From positions 1 to 36,732 of IMG/VR virus record IMGVR_UViG_3300004106_000005: a stretch of DNA of 36,732 bases; one strand, given 5' to 3'. This DNA is from a virus. Its lineage: Duplodnaviria; Caudoviricetes. The first letter of the stretch is position 1. Each line of letters opens with the position of its first letter. This document shows, piece by piece, positions 25,258-34,666 of the stretch. A program made the translations under genes and the position numbers. The notes beneath the pieces are model-generated. The model was not told the DNA's origin, searched no databases, and was given only the letters and a program-made list of their open reading frames with translations.

Positions 25258-26238
25258 ATGAAATACACAAATAAAACAGCAGTACCAATGTCATTAGCTG
25301 TATGGCTTGCTGAAGATTCATATGACTATAGCGGTGACAGTAATACTATTAGTGTCACAAGCTTGTTAAAGCCAGCAAGACAGATTGTACTGGCTAATAG
25401 AGTTACCATTAATGAACAAGCAACTACAGATATATCAGCAATGATCCCTAGTAGTATGGGTACAGCTCTGCACACTGCTATTAACGCAGCATGGCTTAAT
25501 AACTATAGAGAAGGATTAGCTTTATTAGGCTATCCGCAAAAAGTTATTGATAGTATTCGTATTAACCCAGCAACAGCTGAACCAGGAACTATACCTATTT
25601 ATATGGAACAACGAGTTACTAAACGTGTGGGTAATTTTATTGTTTCAGGTAAATATGATTTTATCGCTAATGGCAGATTAGAAGATTTTAAGAGCACAAG
25701 TGTTTACACATATTTAAATAAATCCAATAATAAAAAATTTATCTTACAAGGTAGTATGTATCGTTGGTTAAATCCTGAATTAGTCACAGATGACCACATG
25801 GCTATTCAGTATATTTTTACTGATTGGAATAAAAGCAAATCGATAAGTGAAGCTAGTAAGGGTTACCCTGCAAATAGAATAGTAGAAGTTGTACTAGCAT
25901 TGCATTCTGAAGTTTACATAGATAGCTGGGTTAAAAGTAAACTAAATGAGCTTACTAAATTATGGGATGCACCTGAAGAAGCATTACCTTACTGTACTGA
26001 CGAAGATTTATGGAGATCACAGTCAGTATTTAAATACTATAAAAATCCAGCTAAGACAAAGCGCAGCACAAAAAACTTTGACTGCTATAATGATGTGCTA
26101 TGCCAGTTGGTACAAGATGGCAGTAATGGTTTGGTTAAAGAAATAAAAGGGCAAGTTAAAGCATGTGTTTATTGCGCAGCATTTAAATTGTGCTCTCAAA
26201 AAAATGAGTATCTTGCCAATGGATCACTAATTATATAA
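25258..26238 (+). CDS. PD-(D/E)XK exonuclease (N4 gp42-like)
   Basis: ATG at 25258 with GAGGAG SD; S.TSLLKP, GTALH, E.R, GKYD, DFKST, C.YC...C; the ORF-track start would overlap the tRNA. Confidence 0.85.
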   Translation: MKYTNKTAVPMSLAVWLAEDSYDYSGDSNTISVTSLLKPARQIVLANRVTINEQATTDISAMIPSSMGTALHTAINAAWLNNYREGLALLGYPQKVIDSIRINPATAEPGTIPIYMEQRVTKRVGNFIVSGKYDFIANGRLEDFKSTSVYTYLNKSNNKKFILQGSMYRWLNPELVTDDHMAIQYIFTDWNKSKSISEASKGYPANRIVEVVLALHSEVYIDSWVKSKLNELTKLWDAPEEALPYCTDEDLWRSQSVFKYYKNPAKTKRSTKNFDCYNDVLCQLVQDGSNGLVKEIKGQVKACVYCAAFKLCSQKNEYLANGSLII

Positions 26239-26247
26239 GGAATATTT

Positions 26248-28416
26248 ATGAGGCCACTTGACCAATATACATATCATCCAATAGCAGAACAAATTGTTGA
26301 TATTTTATGTCGCAAAACACAGAATACTAATCCAATGTTCTTTAGAATATTGATAAATTACTATTTAGCAAAAATTACAGCAATGATGCGAGTTAGTATA
26401 TTAACTCAAGATAGGGGTAAAATTCCTGTAAATTTATATGCAGTTAATCTTGCTAGTTCAGGACAGGGTAAAGGTCACTCTACTAATATTATCGAAGATC
26501 AAATTATTAACAATTTTAGATCAGTATTTTTTGAAGAAACTTACCCAATAGTTTCAGAACGAAATCTAGCTCAATTAGCGTCTAAACGCGCAGCTATCAC
26601 TGGTGATGATGATGACGAAGTGCTCACAGCAGTTACAAAAGAATTTAAAGAGCTAGGCGTTTTAGCTTTCTCATTTGATTCAGGAACTACTGCTGCAGTA
26701 AAGCAAATGCGTCATAAGTTACTTATGGCTGGGATTGGCTCAATGAATCTTGAAATTGATGAGATTGGCTCAAATTTATTAAGTAATTCAGATGTATTAT
26801 CAACGTTTTTAGAGTTGTTTGATGTTGGGAAGATTAAACAGAAGCTTACAAAGAATACTAAGGACAATGTACGATCTGAAGAAATTGAAGGAGGGACACC
26901 TACTAATCTATTGCTATTTGGTACACCTAGCAAATTGCTTAATGGTGGTAAAACTGAAGAAGAGTTCTATTCATTTCTTGAAACAGGATATGCTAGACGC
27001 TGTTTATTCGGGTATACCAAAATAAGTTGTAAAGAAAACAATTTAACTCCTATTCAAGTGTATAATTTATTAACTGATACAGCTGTAGATAATTATTTGG
27101 CCGATCTTTCTATAAAATTAGGACGATTAGCACATGAACTAAATTATAATAAAATTATTACAGTGTCAAAAGATGTTAGCCTACTTTTAATTGAATACAA
27201 ATTATCATGTGATAAACTTGTTGCGTTACTGGGAGAGCATGAAGAAATTCGTAAAGCTGAACTTGCTCATAGATATTTTAAAGCCCTTAAGATAGCTGGT
27301 ACATATGCCTTTATTGACGAGCATTCAGAGATTACTGAAGATAATCTATATCATGCCATTAAACTTGTAGAGACATCTGGAGAAGCATTTATAAGCATAC
27401 TTAATCGAGAACGCAACTATGTTAAATTAGCTAAGTATATTGCTAGCATTAACCGTGAAGTAACTCATGTAGATTTAACAGAAGATTTACCATTTTATAA
27501 AGGTTCTGCAGTTCAAAAAGCAGACTTAATGCAGCTAGCTATTGCATGGGGGTATAAAAATCAAATAATTATTAAAAAATCCTTTAGTAGTGGTATTGAA
27601 TTTCTTACAGGTGAGACGCTTAAACCAGTTGATTTGAACAATTTAGTTTTGGCTTATAGTGCTAATATCTCTGATGGGTACGCTAATATTAGCAATCCAG
27701 CACCTAAATGGGAACTTCTACATAAGCTAATCTGGTCTAATAATCTTAACTGGATTACTCATCATACGACAAATGGCCATAGAGCTGAAGAGAACATTAT
27801 TCCAGGCTTTGACATGATTGTACTTGATGTCGATAGCGGAGTAACACTTAGCCAAGTTAGGCTATTACTGAAAGAGTACACATATCTTATACACACGACT
27901 AAACGGCATACAGTAACAAATAATAGGTTTAGAATAATAATGCCCATCAATTATCATTTAGCGTTAGATGCCGCAGATTTTAAAGAGTTTATGAGTAATA
28001 TTTATGAATGGCTTCCATTTGAAGTAGATACTCAAACAGGTCAACGATCACGTAAGTGGTTAACTTGTTCACTTGGTTCATATGAGTATAACAATACGAG
28101 TAAGCTGCTTGATGCACTACCTTTTATTCCTAAAACTGTTAAGAATGACGAACGAAAAAAGGTTAGTGTTAGTATGCAATCTATGACCAATATAGAAAAA
28201 TGGTTTATACAGAATAGTGATATTGGCAGTAGAAATAATCAGCTAATTAGATATGCTCTTATATTAGTTGATATGGGGCACCCAGTTGATTATGTAAGAG
28301 ATAGGGTGTGTGACCTAAATAATAAATTAGAGGATAAGCTAACCATTAAAGAACTAGAAGACACTATATTTGTATCTGTTGGCAGAGCAGTATTAAAACG
28401 TAATTCTAAACAATAA
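26248..28416 (+). CDS. DNA primase (N4 gp43-like; N-terminal P-loop, C-terminal AEP/PriCT-like)
   Basis: SGQGKG, EIDEIG, GYARR, VLDVD.G, TTKRH, RFRII.P, GSRNNQL.RYA. Confidence 0.88.
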   Translation: MRPLDQYTYHPIAEQIVDILCRKTQNTNPMFFRILINYYLAKITAMMRVSILTQDRGKIPVNLYAVNLASSGQGKGHSTNIIEDQIINNFRSVFFEETYPIVSERNLAQLASKRAAITGDDDDEVLTAVTKEFKELGVLAFSFDSGTTAAVKQMRHKLLMAGIGSMNLEIDEIGSNLLSNSDVLSTFLELFDVGKIKQKLTKNTKDNVRSEEIEGGTPTNLLLFGTPSKLLNGGKTEEEFYSFLETGYARRCLFGYTKISCKENNLTPIQVYNLLTDTAVDNYLADLSIKLGRLAHELNYNKIITVSKDVSLLLIEYKLSCDKLVALLGEHEEIRKAELAHRYFKALKIAGTYAFIDEHSEITEDNLYHAIKLVETSGEAFISILNRERNYVKLAKYIASINREVTHVDLTEDLPFYKGSAVQKADLMQLAIAWGYKNQIIIKKSFSSGIEFLTGETLKPVDLNNLVLAYSANISDGYANISNPAPKWELLHKLIWSNNLNWITHHTTNGHRAEENIIPGFDMIVLDVDSGVTLSQVRLLLKEYTYLIHTTKRHTVTNNRFRIIMPINYHLALDAADFKEFMSNIYEWLPFEVDTQTGQRSRKWLTCSLGSYEYNNTSKLLDALPFIPKTVKNDERKKVSVSMQSMTNIEKWFIQNSDIGSRNNQLIRYALILVDMGHPVDYVRDRVCDLNNKLEDKLTIKELEDTIFVSVGRAVLKRNSKQ

Positions 28417-28424
28417 GGAGTAAT

Positions 28425-29153
28425 ATGGCTCAAAATGGAAATGACCACTTAATACTTATATGCGGTGAAAGCTCTACGGGTAAATCTGCGTCACTTAGTT
28501 TTTTAGATAACCCAGAAGGAGTAGTTTATCTAAACTGTGAAGCAGGTAAGAAATTGCCATTTCAGTCTAAATTTAAAGAAGTTATTGTTACTGACCCTTA
28601 TGTTGTAGAGACTGCTTTTACTCAAGCTGAAGAACATTCTGAAATACATACAATTATTATTGATAGTTTAACGTTTCTTATGGATATGTATGAAAGTTTA
28701 TACGTGATTGGATCAACTAATACAATGAAAGCATGGAGTGATTACGCACAGTTTTTTAAAAATTTAATGCAACAACGTGTCGCACCATCTTCTAAAAATG
28801 TAATATTTACTGCTCATACTTTAGCAACGCTAAACGAATTAGAAATGGTTATGGAAAAGAAAATACCAATTAAAGGAGCATTAAAAAATAATGGTGTAGA
28901 AGCGTACTTTAGTACTATAGTAAGTGCTAAAAAGTTACCTTTAACTAAGCTTGACCCATATCAAAACAGTTTATTAACAGTTAACCCAGAAGAAGAAATG
29001 CTTGGCTATAAGTATGTTTATCAAACACGAGTAACTAAAGAAACTGTGAATGAACGTATTAGATCGTCTATGGGAATGTGGAGTATTAACGAAACATACA
29101 TAGACAATAACGCACAATTTTTACTTAATAAATTGCATGAGTATTATAACTAA
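28425..29153 (+). CDS. Sak4-like/AAA ATPase (N4 gp44-like)
   Basis: GESSTGKS, NCEAGK.LPF, IIIDSLT, FTAH. Confidence 0.85.
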   Translation: MAQNGNDHLILICGESSTGKSASLSFLDNPEGVVYLNCEAGKKLPFQSKFKEVIVTDPYVVETAFTQAEEHSEIHTIIIDSLTFLMDMYESLYVIGSTNTMKAWSDYAQFFKNLMQQRVAPSSKNVIFTAHTLATLNELEMVMEKKIPIKGALKNNGVEAYFSTIVSAKKLPLTKLDPYQNSLLTVNPEEEMLGYKYVYQTRVTKETVNERIRSSMGMWSINETYIDNNAQFLLNKLHEYYN

Positions 29154-29154
29154 C

Positions 29155-29185
29155 ACTAGCTATTATTGTAATAGTTAGTATTTTC
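29155..29185 (+). terminator. Hairpin upstream of SSB (terminator/attenuator candidate)
   Basis: ACTAGCTATTA-TTG-TAATAGTTAGT, then ATTTTC. Confidence 0.45.
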
Positions 29186-29212
29186 ATACTTAATAAATAG
29201 GAGATTTAACTT

Positions 29213-29938
29213 ATGTCATTACTTAAAAGTTTAGTAACAACTGAAGATATTATTGCAGACTCAGACACTCTTGGTGGATACTCAGTATTAGAGTCAGATG
29301 TGTATGACCTAACTATTGAAGTGGCGTTTGTCACATATTCAGCGAATAAAGCGATGGCTTTAAATGTTCATTTCAAGACTGTTGATGGTAAGCAGCTTAG
29401 ACAACAATTTTGGATGACCTCAGGTGAAGCTAAAGGCTGCAAAAATTATTATGAAAACAAGCAAGGAGACAAACAATATTTACCTGGATTTACTATGGCA
29501 AATAGTTTGTGCTTGCTGACTGTAGGAGAAGAAATTAGTAAAATGAATACAGAACCAAAGGTAATAAATTTATACGATTACTCAGTTAAAAAAGAAATCC
29601 CAACAAAAGTTGATATGCTTATTGAATTGTTGGGTAAAAGTGTAACTGCGGGTGTTCTAAAGCAAATTGTAAATAAAAATGAACTGGATGCAAATACTGG
29701 AACTTATGTAGCATCCAGCGAAACACGCACTGAAAACGAGATTAACAAGTTATTTCGTCAGCAAGATGGCCTTACAATCACAGAGATTAAAGCAGCAGCT
29801 ACAGAACCTGTTTTTAAGCAAAAATGGGTTGAAAAATGGAAGGGTGTAACCAAAGATAAAAGTTCTGCTGTAGTGGCAAACGCAAAACCTGTTAATAATG
29901 CAAAAACTAAAACATCAGCACAAAATCTGTTTGCTTAA
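29213..29938 (+). CDS. ssb: Single-stranded DNA-binding protein (N4 gp45-like)
   Basis: D.LGG...LESDVY, YLPGF..ANSL.LL, ENEI.K.F, C-terminal LFA tail; synteny. Confidence 0.85.
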   Translation: MSLLKSLVTTEDIIADSDTLGGYSVLESDVYDLTIEVAFVTYSANKAMALNVHFKTVDGKQLRQQFWMTSGEAKGCKNYYENKQGDKQYLPGFTMANSLCLLTVGEEISKMNTEPKVINLYDYSVKKEIPTKVDMLIELLGKSVTAGVLKQIVNKNELDANTGTYVASSETRTENEINKLFRQQDGLTITEIKAAATEPVFKQKWVEKWKGVTKDKSSAVVANAKPVNNAKTKTSAQNLFA

Positions 29939-29948
29939 GGAGAAAGCT

Positions 29949-30191
29949 ATGCGAATCACATTAACTCATTCTGATATTACACAAGCAGTTATTCAATACA
30001 TCAATACAACAGGCATTGATACTACAGATAAAAATGTTACTGTTACTTTTAAAGCTGGGCGAAAATATAATGGGTATTCCGCAATAGTAGATATTGTAGC
30101 ACCAAGTCAGGTAGAAGTAGCTGTATTAGCAAATGCTGCTGTGGGTGAATCCCAAGTTGCACAGGAAACTCCTAATTTATTCGGTAACTAG
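29949..30191 (+). CDS. N4 gp46-like small protein
   Basis: ATG at 29949 with AAGGAG SD; MRI.L...DI..A...Y...G...V.F.AGR; LFG tail. Confidence 0.7.
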   Translation: MRITLTHSDITQAVIQYINTTGIDTTDKNVTVTFKAGRKYNGYSAIVDIVAPSQVEVAVLANAAVGESQVAQETPNLFGN

Positions 30192-30193
30192 TT

Positions 30194-30358
30194 ATGTTTC
30201 GCACAGTAGGAGATATTCTCCTTACCGTTATTGTGCTGATTTTAATTGCTAGTTTAGTTATATTAAGTCCTTTAATAATTACTATATTACCCACACTAAT
30301 AATAGTAACTGTTTTATTTTGTATTATTTATATTTGTATTAAAGATAGTCGTAAATAA
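30194..30358 (+). CDS. Small two-TM membrane protein (54 aa)
   Basis: MFRTVGD, then ~40 hydrophobic residues, then KDSRK; not in the ORF track. Confidence 0.65.
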   Translation: MFRTVGDILLTVIVLILIASLVILSPLIITILPTLIIVTVLFCIIYICIKDSRK

Positions 30359-30362
30359 CTAA

Positions 30363-30401
30363 AAACCCTGTTAATAAATACTATTATTATTAACAGGGTT
30401 T
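30363..30401. terminator. 15-bp inverted repeat, possibly bidirectional terminator
   Basis: AAACCCTGTTAATAA ... TTATTAACAGGGTTT. Confidence 0.75.
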
Positions 30402-30425
30402 CTATTTTAAACATATGGTGATACT

Positions 30426-30647
30426 ATGTTAAATTTTACAAGAGTTTCTAAGAGTTCACTTAGTAAGTCAACTGCTAACTATTTTGTTTGTTATGAAGAG
30501 AATGGTATCAATTATGTAGTTGAAAGCTGGGTTAAACTAGAAAATGCAGAATACACAGTTAAAATTCTTAACGAACATGAAGAATCTCAAGATAGGAATC
30601 CTTGTTATTTTATAACAGATAAGGAAGGGTATAAAATTCTTACTTAG
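30426..30647 (+). CDS. Hypothetical protein
   Basis: GGTGA SD; 73 aa. Confidence 0.55.
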   Translation: MLNFTRVSKSSLSKSTANYFVCYEENGINYVVESWVKLENAEYTVKILNEHEESQDRNPCYFITDKEGYKILT

Positions 30648-30657
30648 GAGATACACA

Positions 30658-30924
30658 ATGAATGTAAAACGTAAAGGTAATCTGCTACTTAATGCAGATA
30701 TTATTTTGCCAGAAACGGTGTATGCTACTTTTAATGAAGGATTAGTTGATTCTGTAAAAGATGATATAGCTGATCGTATTAGATTTGGTGGGGAAATGCT
30801 AGATATTTACACGCAATTCAGAAGTAATCTCCACATTACAAATGTAGTTGCAATGCTTAATAAGATGGAAACAGTGTATACAGATTATAATTACAGCGTA
30901 CTTACAAAAGGGAGATCATTGTGA
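30658..30924 (+). CDS. Hypothetical protein
   Basis: AGGAG SD; coupled to thyX. Confidence 0.65.
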   Translation: MNVKRKGNLLLNADIILPETVYATFNEGLVDSVKDDIADRIRFGGEMLDIYTQFRSNLHITNVVAMLNKMETVYTDYNYSVLTKGRSL

Positions 30925-31733
30925 AAATTATTGAACAATCACATCAATTACTTCCTGAACAAGATGATCTAATACAGCAGATTGGTTCTAGGGCAGCAAT
31001 TTGTTATCAGTCAGATGGAGATAATACTGAAGCCAACATTAAAAGAGTACAGCATTGCTTAAAAAATGGGCACATGAGCGCATTAGAAATGGGTAGAGTT
31101 ACTACACTTAATCTTAACCATAAGTATACTTCTCCATATATCACACAAATATCTTATAATAATTGTCGTTATGCCTCTGGCTCAGTTAGGGCATGGTTAG
31201 AAGTTGGGTGTGATTTTGATACAATACTAAAAATGCCAAAAGTAGAATTTCCACAATTTAATACTGCTGACTATGCCAGGTTCCGGTATCAAGCAGTAAA
31301 GCTGATTACTAATAGAGCAATTTCACATCAGTTAGTGCGTCATAGAGTGTTTAGTGTACTCCAGGAGTCACAAAGATATGTACGCTATGATAAGCCTGGA
31401 GGAATTGAATTTATTAAACCATTATGGGCTAACACAGAGGATTCACAGGACTGCTGGAAAACTGGTATGCATGCAAGTGAAATATTGTATGGCGACTTGC
31501 TCAATCTTAAAAAACTACAACCACAACAAGCCCGAAGTGTTCTTCCTAATGATACTAAAACAGAATTGATTATGTATGGATCATTGGTTCACTGGAAACA
31601 TTTATTTTATATGCGATGTCAAGGTGGTGCTGATCCTATGGTGAAAGCACTAATGAACCCCGTATTAGAAGAGTTTAGAATCTTATACCCCGGTATATTT
31701 GGTGAACTCAAACCGAGTGTGGCTGGAAAGTAA
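30921..31733 (+). CDS. thyX: Flavin-dependent thymidylate synthase
   Basis: GH.S.LE, signature SHQLVRHR..S..QESQRY, ARSVLP. Confidence 0.93.
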   Translation: MKIIEQSHQLLPEQDDLIQQIGSRAAICYQSDGDNTEANIKRVQHCLKNGHMSALEMGRVTTLNLNHKYTSPYITQISYNNCRYASGSVRAWLEVGCDFDTILKMPKVEFPQFNTADYARFRYQAVKLITNRAISHQLVRHRVFSVLQESQRYVRYDKPGGIEFIKPLWANTEDSQDCWKTGMHASEILYGDLLNLKKLQPQQARSVLPNDTKTELIMYGSLVHWKHLFYMRCQGGADPMVKALMNPVLEEFRILYPGIFGELKPSVAGK

Positions 31734-31771
31734 AGTGAAGTTTTTAAACCATGAGAAATAGAGGATAATTT

Positions 31772-32038
31772 ATGCAAGTACGCAAACATTTAGAATTATT
31801 GGGTATGCCCTGCAAAGACAAAATAACTGGAATGACTGGGGTTGTAACAAGTGTCAGGTTTAATTTGTACGCCTGTGCACAAATACTTGTTCACCCTGAT
31901 TTGGATGAAAAAGGAGAATTTAAGGACTCTTGCTGGTTTGATGTTACACGTGTTGAAGTCACTGATAGTAGTGTACCTGTAATACATCACCCAAACTTTG
32001 ATTATGGTTGTACTGCTGAAAAAATTTCAACTTGTTGA
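31772..32038 (+). CDS. Small SH3-like phage protein
   Basis: LG...KDKITG..GVVT.....LY.C.Q..V.P....WFD..R motif common in phages; GAGGA SD. Confidence 0.7.
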   Translation: MQVRKHLELLGMPCKDKITGMTGVVTSVRFNLYACAQILVHPDLDEKGEFKDSCWFDVTRVEVTDSSVPVIHHPNFDYGCTAEKISTC

Positions 32039-32073
32039 GAACAACATGAAAAATAAACTATAAGGAGTGACTT

Positions 32074-32256
32074 ATGATTGAAAAAGCAAGTCCTGTATTA
32101 ATGAGAAAAGCGCTAGAGGTTGTCGAGGAGCTGAAAAGAAACATGATATTATTTGCCCCCATGCCGGTGCTGAATGAGAAGGACAAACATGACCTCTACA
32201 AAGAGGTTGAGCGCCGGTTAGACCTTTATGAAGCTGAATGTGAAAAAGCAGCCTAA
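32074..32256 (+). CDS. Hypothetical protein (60 aa)
   Basis: AAGGAG SD. Confidence 0.6.
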   Translation: MIEKASPVLMRKALEVVEELKRNMILFAPMPVLNEKDKHDLYKEVERRLDLYEAECEKAA

Positions 32257-32320
32257 TCATTCATTATCATGAAGACGTTATCAGAGCGTCCCGCCGTCTG
32301 CGTTGATGCGTTTGTTGGGC
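32251..32320 (+). other. attC-like imperfect palindrome
   Basis: GCCTAAT overlapping the stop codon ... GTTGGGC (GTTRRRY); inner ATCA/TGAT and AGACG/CGTCT pairs. Confidence 0.35.
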
Positions 32321-32340
32321 TATTTTACCGAGGAAAGATA

Positions 32341-32748
32341 TTGATTACCCATTTAGTGCATGTCCCTATTTTTGGCAGGTCGGTTTTCTTTGTTGGTGGA
32401 TGCCCGGCAGAAGACGCTGAAGAAGCAATTTACCGACTCCGCAAGAAAAGAACTCAAGTGTCGCTTACCCATACCGCTGATGGTTGCGTGAGAGATAGTG
32501 GTGGTGATGTTTTTGTCTGGGTTAAAGATTTGAAGAGGGCAAGTGTGGTTGCTCATGAGTTGGCCCACGCGGCTTGCACGATTATGGAGGTATGCGGGAT
32601 ACCCCAATGTAGGGAGACAGAAGAAATCATGTGTTACCTGATTGGGTGGCTCAAGATAAACGTGCAAGATAAGATTTATACCAAGTTGGAAAACTCAAAA
32701 CAAAAGGAGAATCACAATGAGTCAGATGCGAGCAAAAATGAAAGTTGA
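32341..32748 (+). CDS. HExxH-motif zincin-like protein
   Basis: VVAHELAHA......GI......E...YL.GW; TTG start at 32341 with GAGGA SD preferred over 32269. Confidence 0.65.
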   Translation: MITHLVHVPIFGRSVFFVGGCPAEDAEEAIYRLRKKRTQVSLTHTADGCVRDSGGDVFVWVKDLKRASVVAHELAHAACTIMEVCGIPQCRETEEIMCYLIGWLKINVQDKIYTKLENSKQKENHNESDASKNES

Positions 32749-32788
32749 ATCGGTACATGCCTATGAAGGTCGAAAAGTGTTGAACTAG
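32717..32788 (+). pseudogene. Truncated ORF (23 aa, MSQMRAKMKVESV...)
   Basis: Strong AAGGAG SD; N-terminus resembles a common phage RAKM.V.SV family but stops after 23 codons, just before a structured element. Confidence 0.4.
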
Positions 32789-32898
32789 AGGTTAGGTATC
32801 TTAAGCTGCGCAGCCTTTTTGCATGATTGCAAGACCTGGTCTCAAATTTTGCCACACCTGAGACTAACCCATACAACAATAAACCAAAAGGAGTAGAA

Positions 32899-33804
32899 AT
32901 GTGTGAATTTTTTAGTTGCATTGTGATGAAAAATAAAAAAGTCATATGGGAAGCTGGATTAAATGCCCACCATGAAATTTTAGAAAAGTACAAGATAAAT
33001 GATAATACCCACGACCAATCGGCATTGAAGTTCGCCAGGGTAGAGATTATCCCACCTTCAGCATTAGATGGTGCATTCGAGAAAGATTTAAAAAAATGGA
33101 ATTTTAGTGTTGATGAAAAAACAGTACCAGAATGGTTTTCTCCGGCTCATAAAGTTGCAGCTTTTTCAGCGTTGAAGGAATGTCTCTCCGAATGCCTGAT
33201 TGATGGGGTTGAACTTGACGAGGTTTCTGGTAAAAAAGGTCTGTTCGTCAGAAATTCCACTATCAAAAAATTGATTAACTCCACTGTGCAAGAGATGTGG
33301 AACAACTCTATTGTACAGGAAATGCGGAGTAACTCTATTGTGCAAAAAATGAGAGACAACTCTATTGTACGGAAGATGTTAGATACCTCTATTGTGCAAG
33401 ATATGCTGGGCGATTCTACAGTACACAAGATGTTAGACAATTCCACAGTACATCAGATGCGGGGTTACTCCACAGTACACGAAATGTGGAATTACTCCAC
33501 AGTACGGAAAATGTGGGATTACTCCACAGTACGGAAAATGTGGGGCGATTCTACCGTGCAAGAGATGAGAGACAACTCTATTGTACAAGAGATGAGAGAC
33601 AACTCTATTGTACAAGAACTGTTAGATGCGTCTACTGTGCAAAAGATGTGGGACATATCTACAGTACAGGAAATGTTGGATAATTCCACTGTTTGTGTTT
33701 ATTCGAAGGGAGTTACCTACAAAATTGTGTCACCAATGGCAGTCGCTGTGTGTAGATTTTCGAAGACAGTTGTCTGTGAAACGCTATTCAAACGTGATGC
33801 CTGA
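32899..33804 (+). CDS. Protein with 15 tandem 9-residue repeats (beta-solenoid-like)
   Basis: ATG at 32899 with AAGGAG SD; MCEFFS..., H..I, RVEI.P, W.F.VD...PEW N-domain, then xS(T/I)VxxMxx repeats. Confidence 0.8.
   Translation: MCEFFSCIVMKNKKVIWEAGLNAHHEILEKYKINDNTHDQSALKFARVEIIPPSALDGAFEKDLKKWNFSVDEKTVPEWFSPAHKVAAFSALKECLSECLIDGVELDEVSGKKGLFVRNSTIKKLINSTVQEMWNNSIVQEMRSNSIVQKMRDNSIVRKMLDTSIVQDMLGDSTVHKMLDNSTVHQMRGYSTVHEMWNYSTVRKMWDYSTVRKMWGDSTVQEMRDNSIVQEMRDNSIVQELLDASTVQKMWDISTVQEMLDNSTVCVYSKGVTYKIVSPMAVAVCRFSKTVVCETLFKRDA
33277..33693 (+). repeat. 27-nt tandem repeat, 15 units plus a partial unit
   Basis: Units such as AACTCTATTGTACAAGAGATGAGAGAC (NSIVQEMRD). Confidence 0.92.
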
Positions 33805-33852
33805 TTTTATCAGGCTGCGACAAAAATAATAAAATTAAGGAGATTACTGTAT

Positions 33853-34029
33853 ATGCGTAAATTTACTGTTACATGGAGTACAACTATTATAACAGGAACT
33901 GCTAAAGAAGCATTTAGTATTGCGCTAGATAAGTTACGCGAGGAACCAGTAGAGCTAGATATTCATTACGCTGGGAAGATTTATTCTATTATGGAAGGAG
34001 ACGATAATGACACAGATAACTTTGAATGA
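33853..34029 (+). CDS. Hypothetical protein (58 aa)
   Basis: AAGGAG SD; MRKFTVTW...; overlaps the next gene. Confidence 0.55.
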   Translation: MRKFTVTWSTTIITGTAKEAFSIALDKLREEPVELDIHYAGKIYSIMEGDDNDTDNFE

Positions 34030-34213
34030 TGAGTTAAAAGCGTGTGTACTAGGAGCTGCTAGAACAGTATTCGCAGAAAAAGTAAGGAAAAAAGAAAAAT
34101 ATACGCAAGAAGAGTTTAAAAATGCTCTTAGAAACCAGTGTAAACATATTAGTATCACAGAAGAAGAATTAGATCAGATTATACACCTGTCTTTTGAACA
34201 TTTATATTCATAA
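34007..34213 (+). CDS. Hypothetical protein
   Basis: AAGGAG SD. Confidence 0.6.
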   Translation: MTQITLNDELKACVLGAARTVFAEKVRKKEKYTQEEFKNALRNQCKHISITEEELDQIIHLSFEHLYS

Positions 34214-34234
34214 TATTAGATATTGGAGGTTATA

Positions 34235-34666
34235 ATGAGTAGAATAGTTGCTATCAGCACTATGATAACGCTATTTCTTATAAATCCACAAATTCTTCAT
34301 AACATAAAACCATCAAAAATGCCTGTACAGCCTCAAATTGTTAAACAGGTTGTACCACTCGTGCCACTTGCTAAAGTCCTCGTAGAAGTCACTATGTATA
34401 CAAATAGAGGCATAACATCATCAGGTACTAAAGCTCGTAAAGGTGTGCTCGCAATTTCACATGATTTAAAAGAAAGATTTAAAGGAAAAACAGTTTATTT
34501 GGAAGGATATGGAGTGTTTAAAGTTGAAGACACCATGCACTCTAGGTGGAAGCATAGAGTGGATATTTGGACATCATCTAATAGTAAGGCTAAAGAACAT
34601 GGTATTAAGAAAGCTATACTAACAAAAGTAAACGAACCATTTAAGGAGAAGGCATACATTGAGTAA
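34235..34666 (+). CDS. 3D-domain (MltA-like) peptidoglycan-active protein with N-terminal hydrophobic segment
   Basis: VTMYT...TSSG.....GVLAIS.D...G..VYLEGYG...VEDT......VDIW; ATG at 34235 with GGAGG SD. Confidence 0.8.
   Translation: MSRIVAISTMITLFLINPQILHNIKPSKMPVQPQIVKQVVPLVPLAKVLVEVTMYTNRGITSSGTKARKGVLAISHDLKERFKGKTVYLEGYGVFKVEDTMHSRWKHRVDIWTSSNSKAKEHGIKKAILTKVNEPFKEKAYIE

Noticed and set aside
24696-31733. DNA base-hypermodification pathway suggested by the DUF1599-like gene plus thyX
   Set aside because: No modifying enzymes (hydroxymethylase, glycosyltransferase, dpd/que or purZ-like) are recognisable in the window
33277-33693. CRISPR array or DGR template/variable repeat
   Set aside because: Units are contiguous in-frame 27-mers without unique spacers; no cas or reverse transcriptase gene; variation is not adenine-specific
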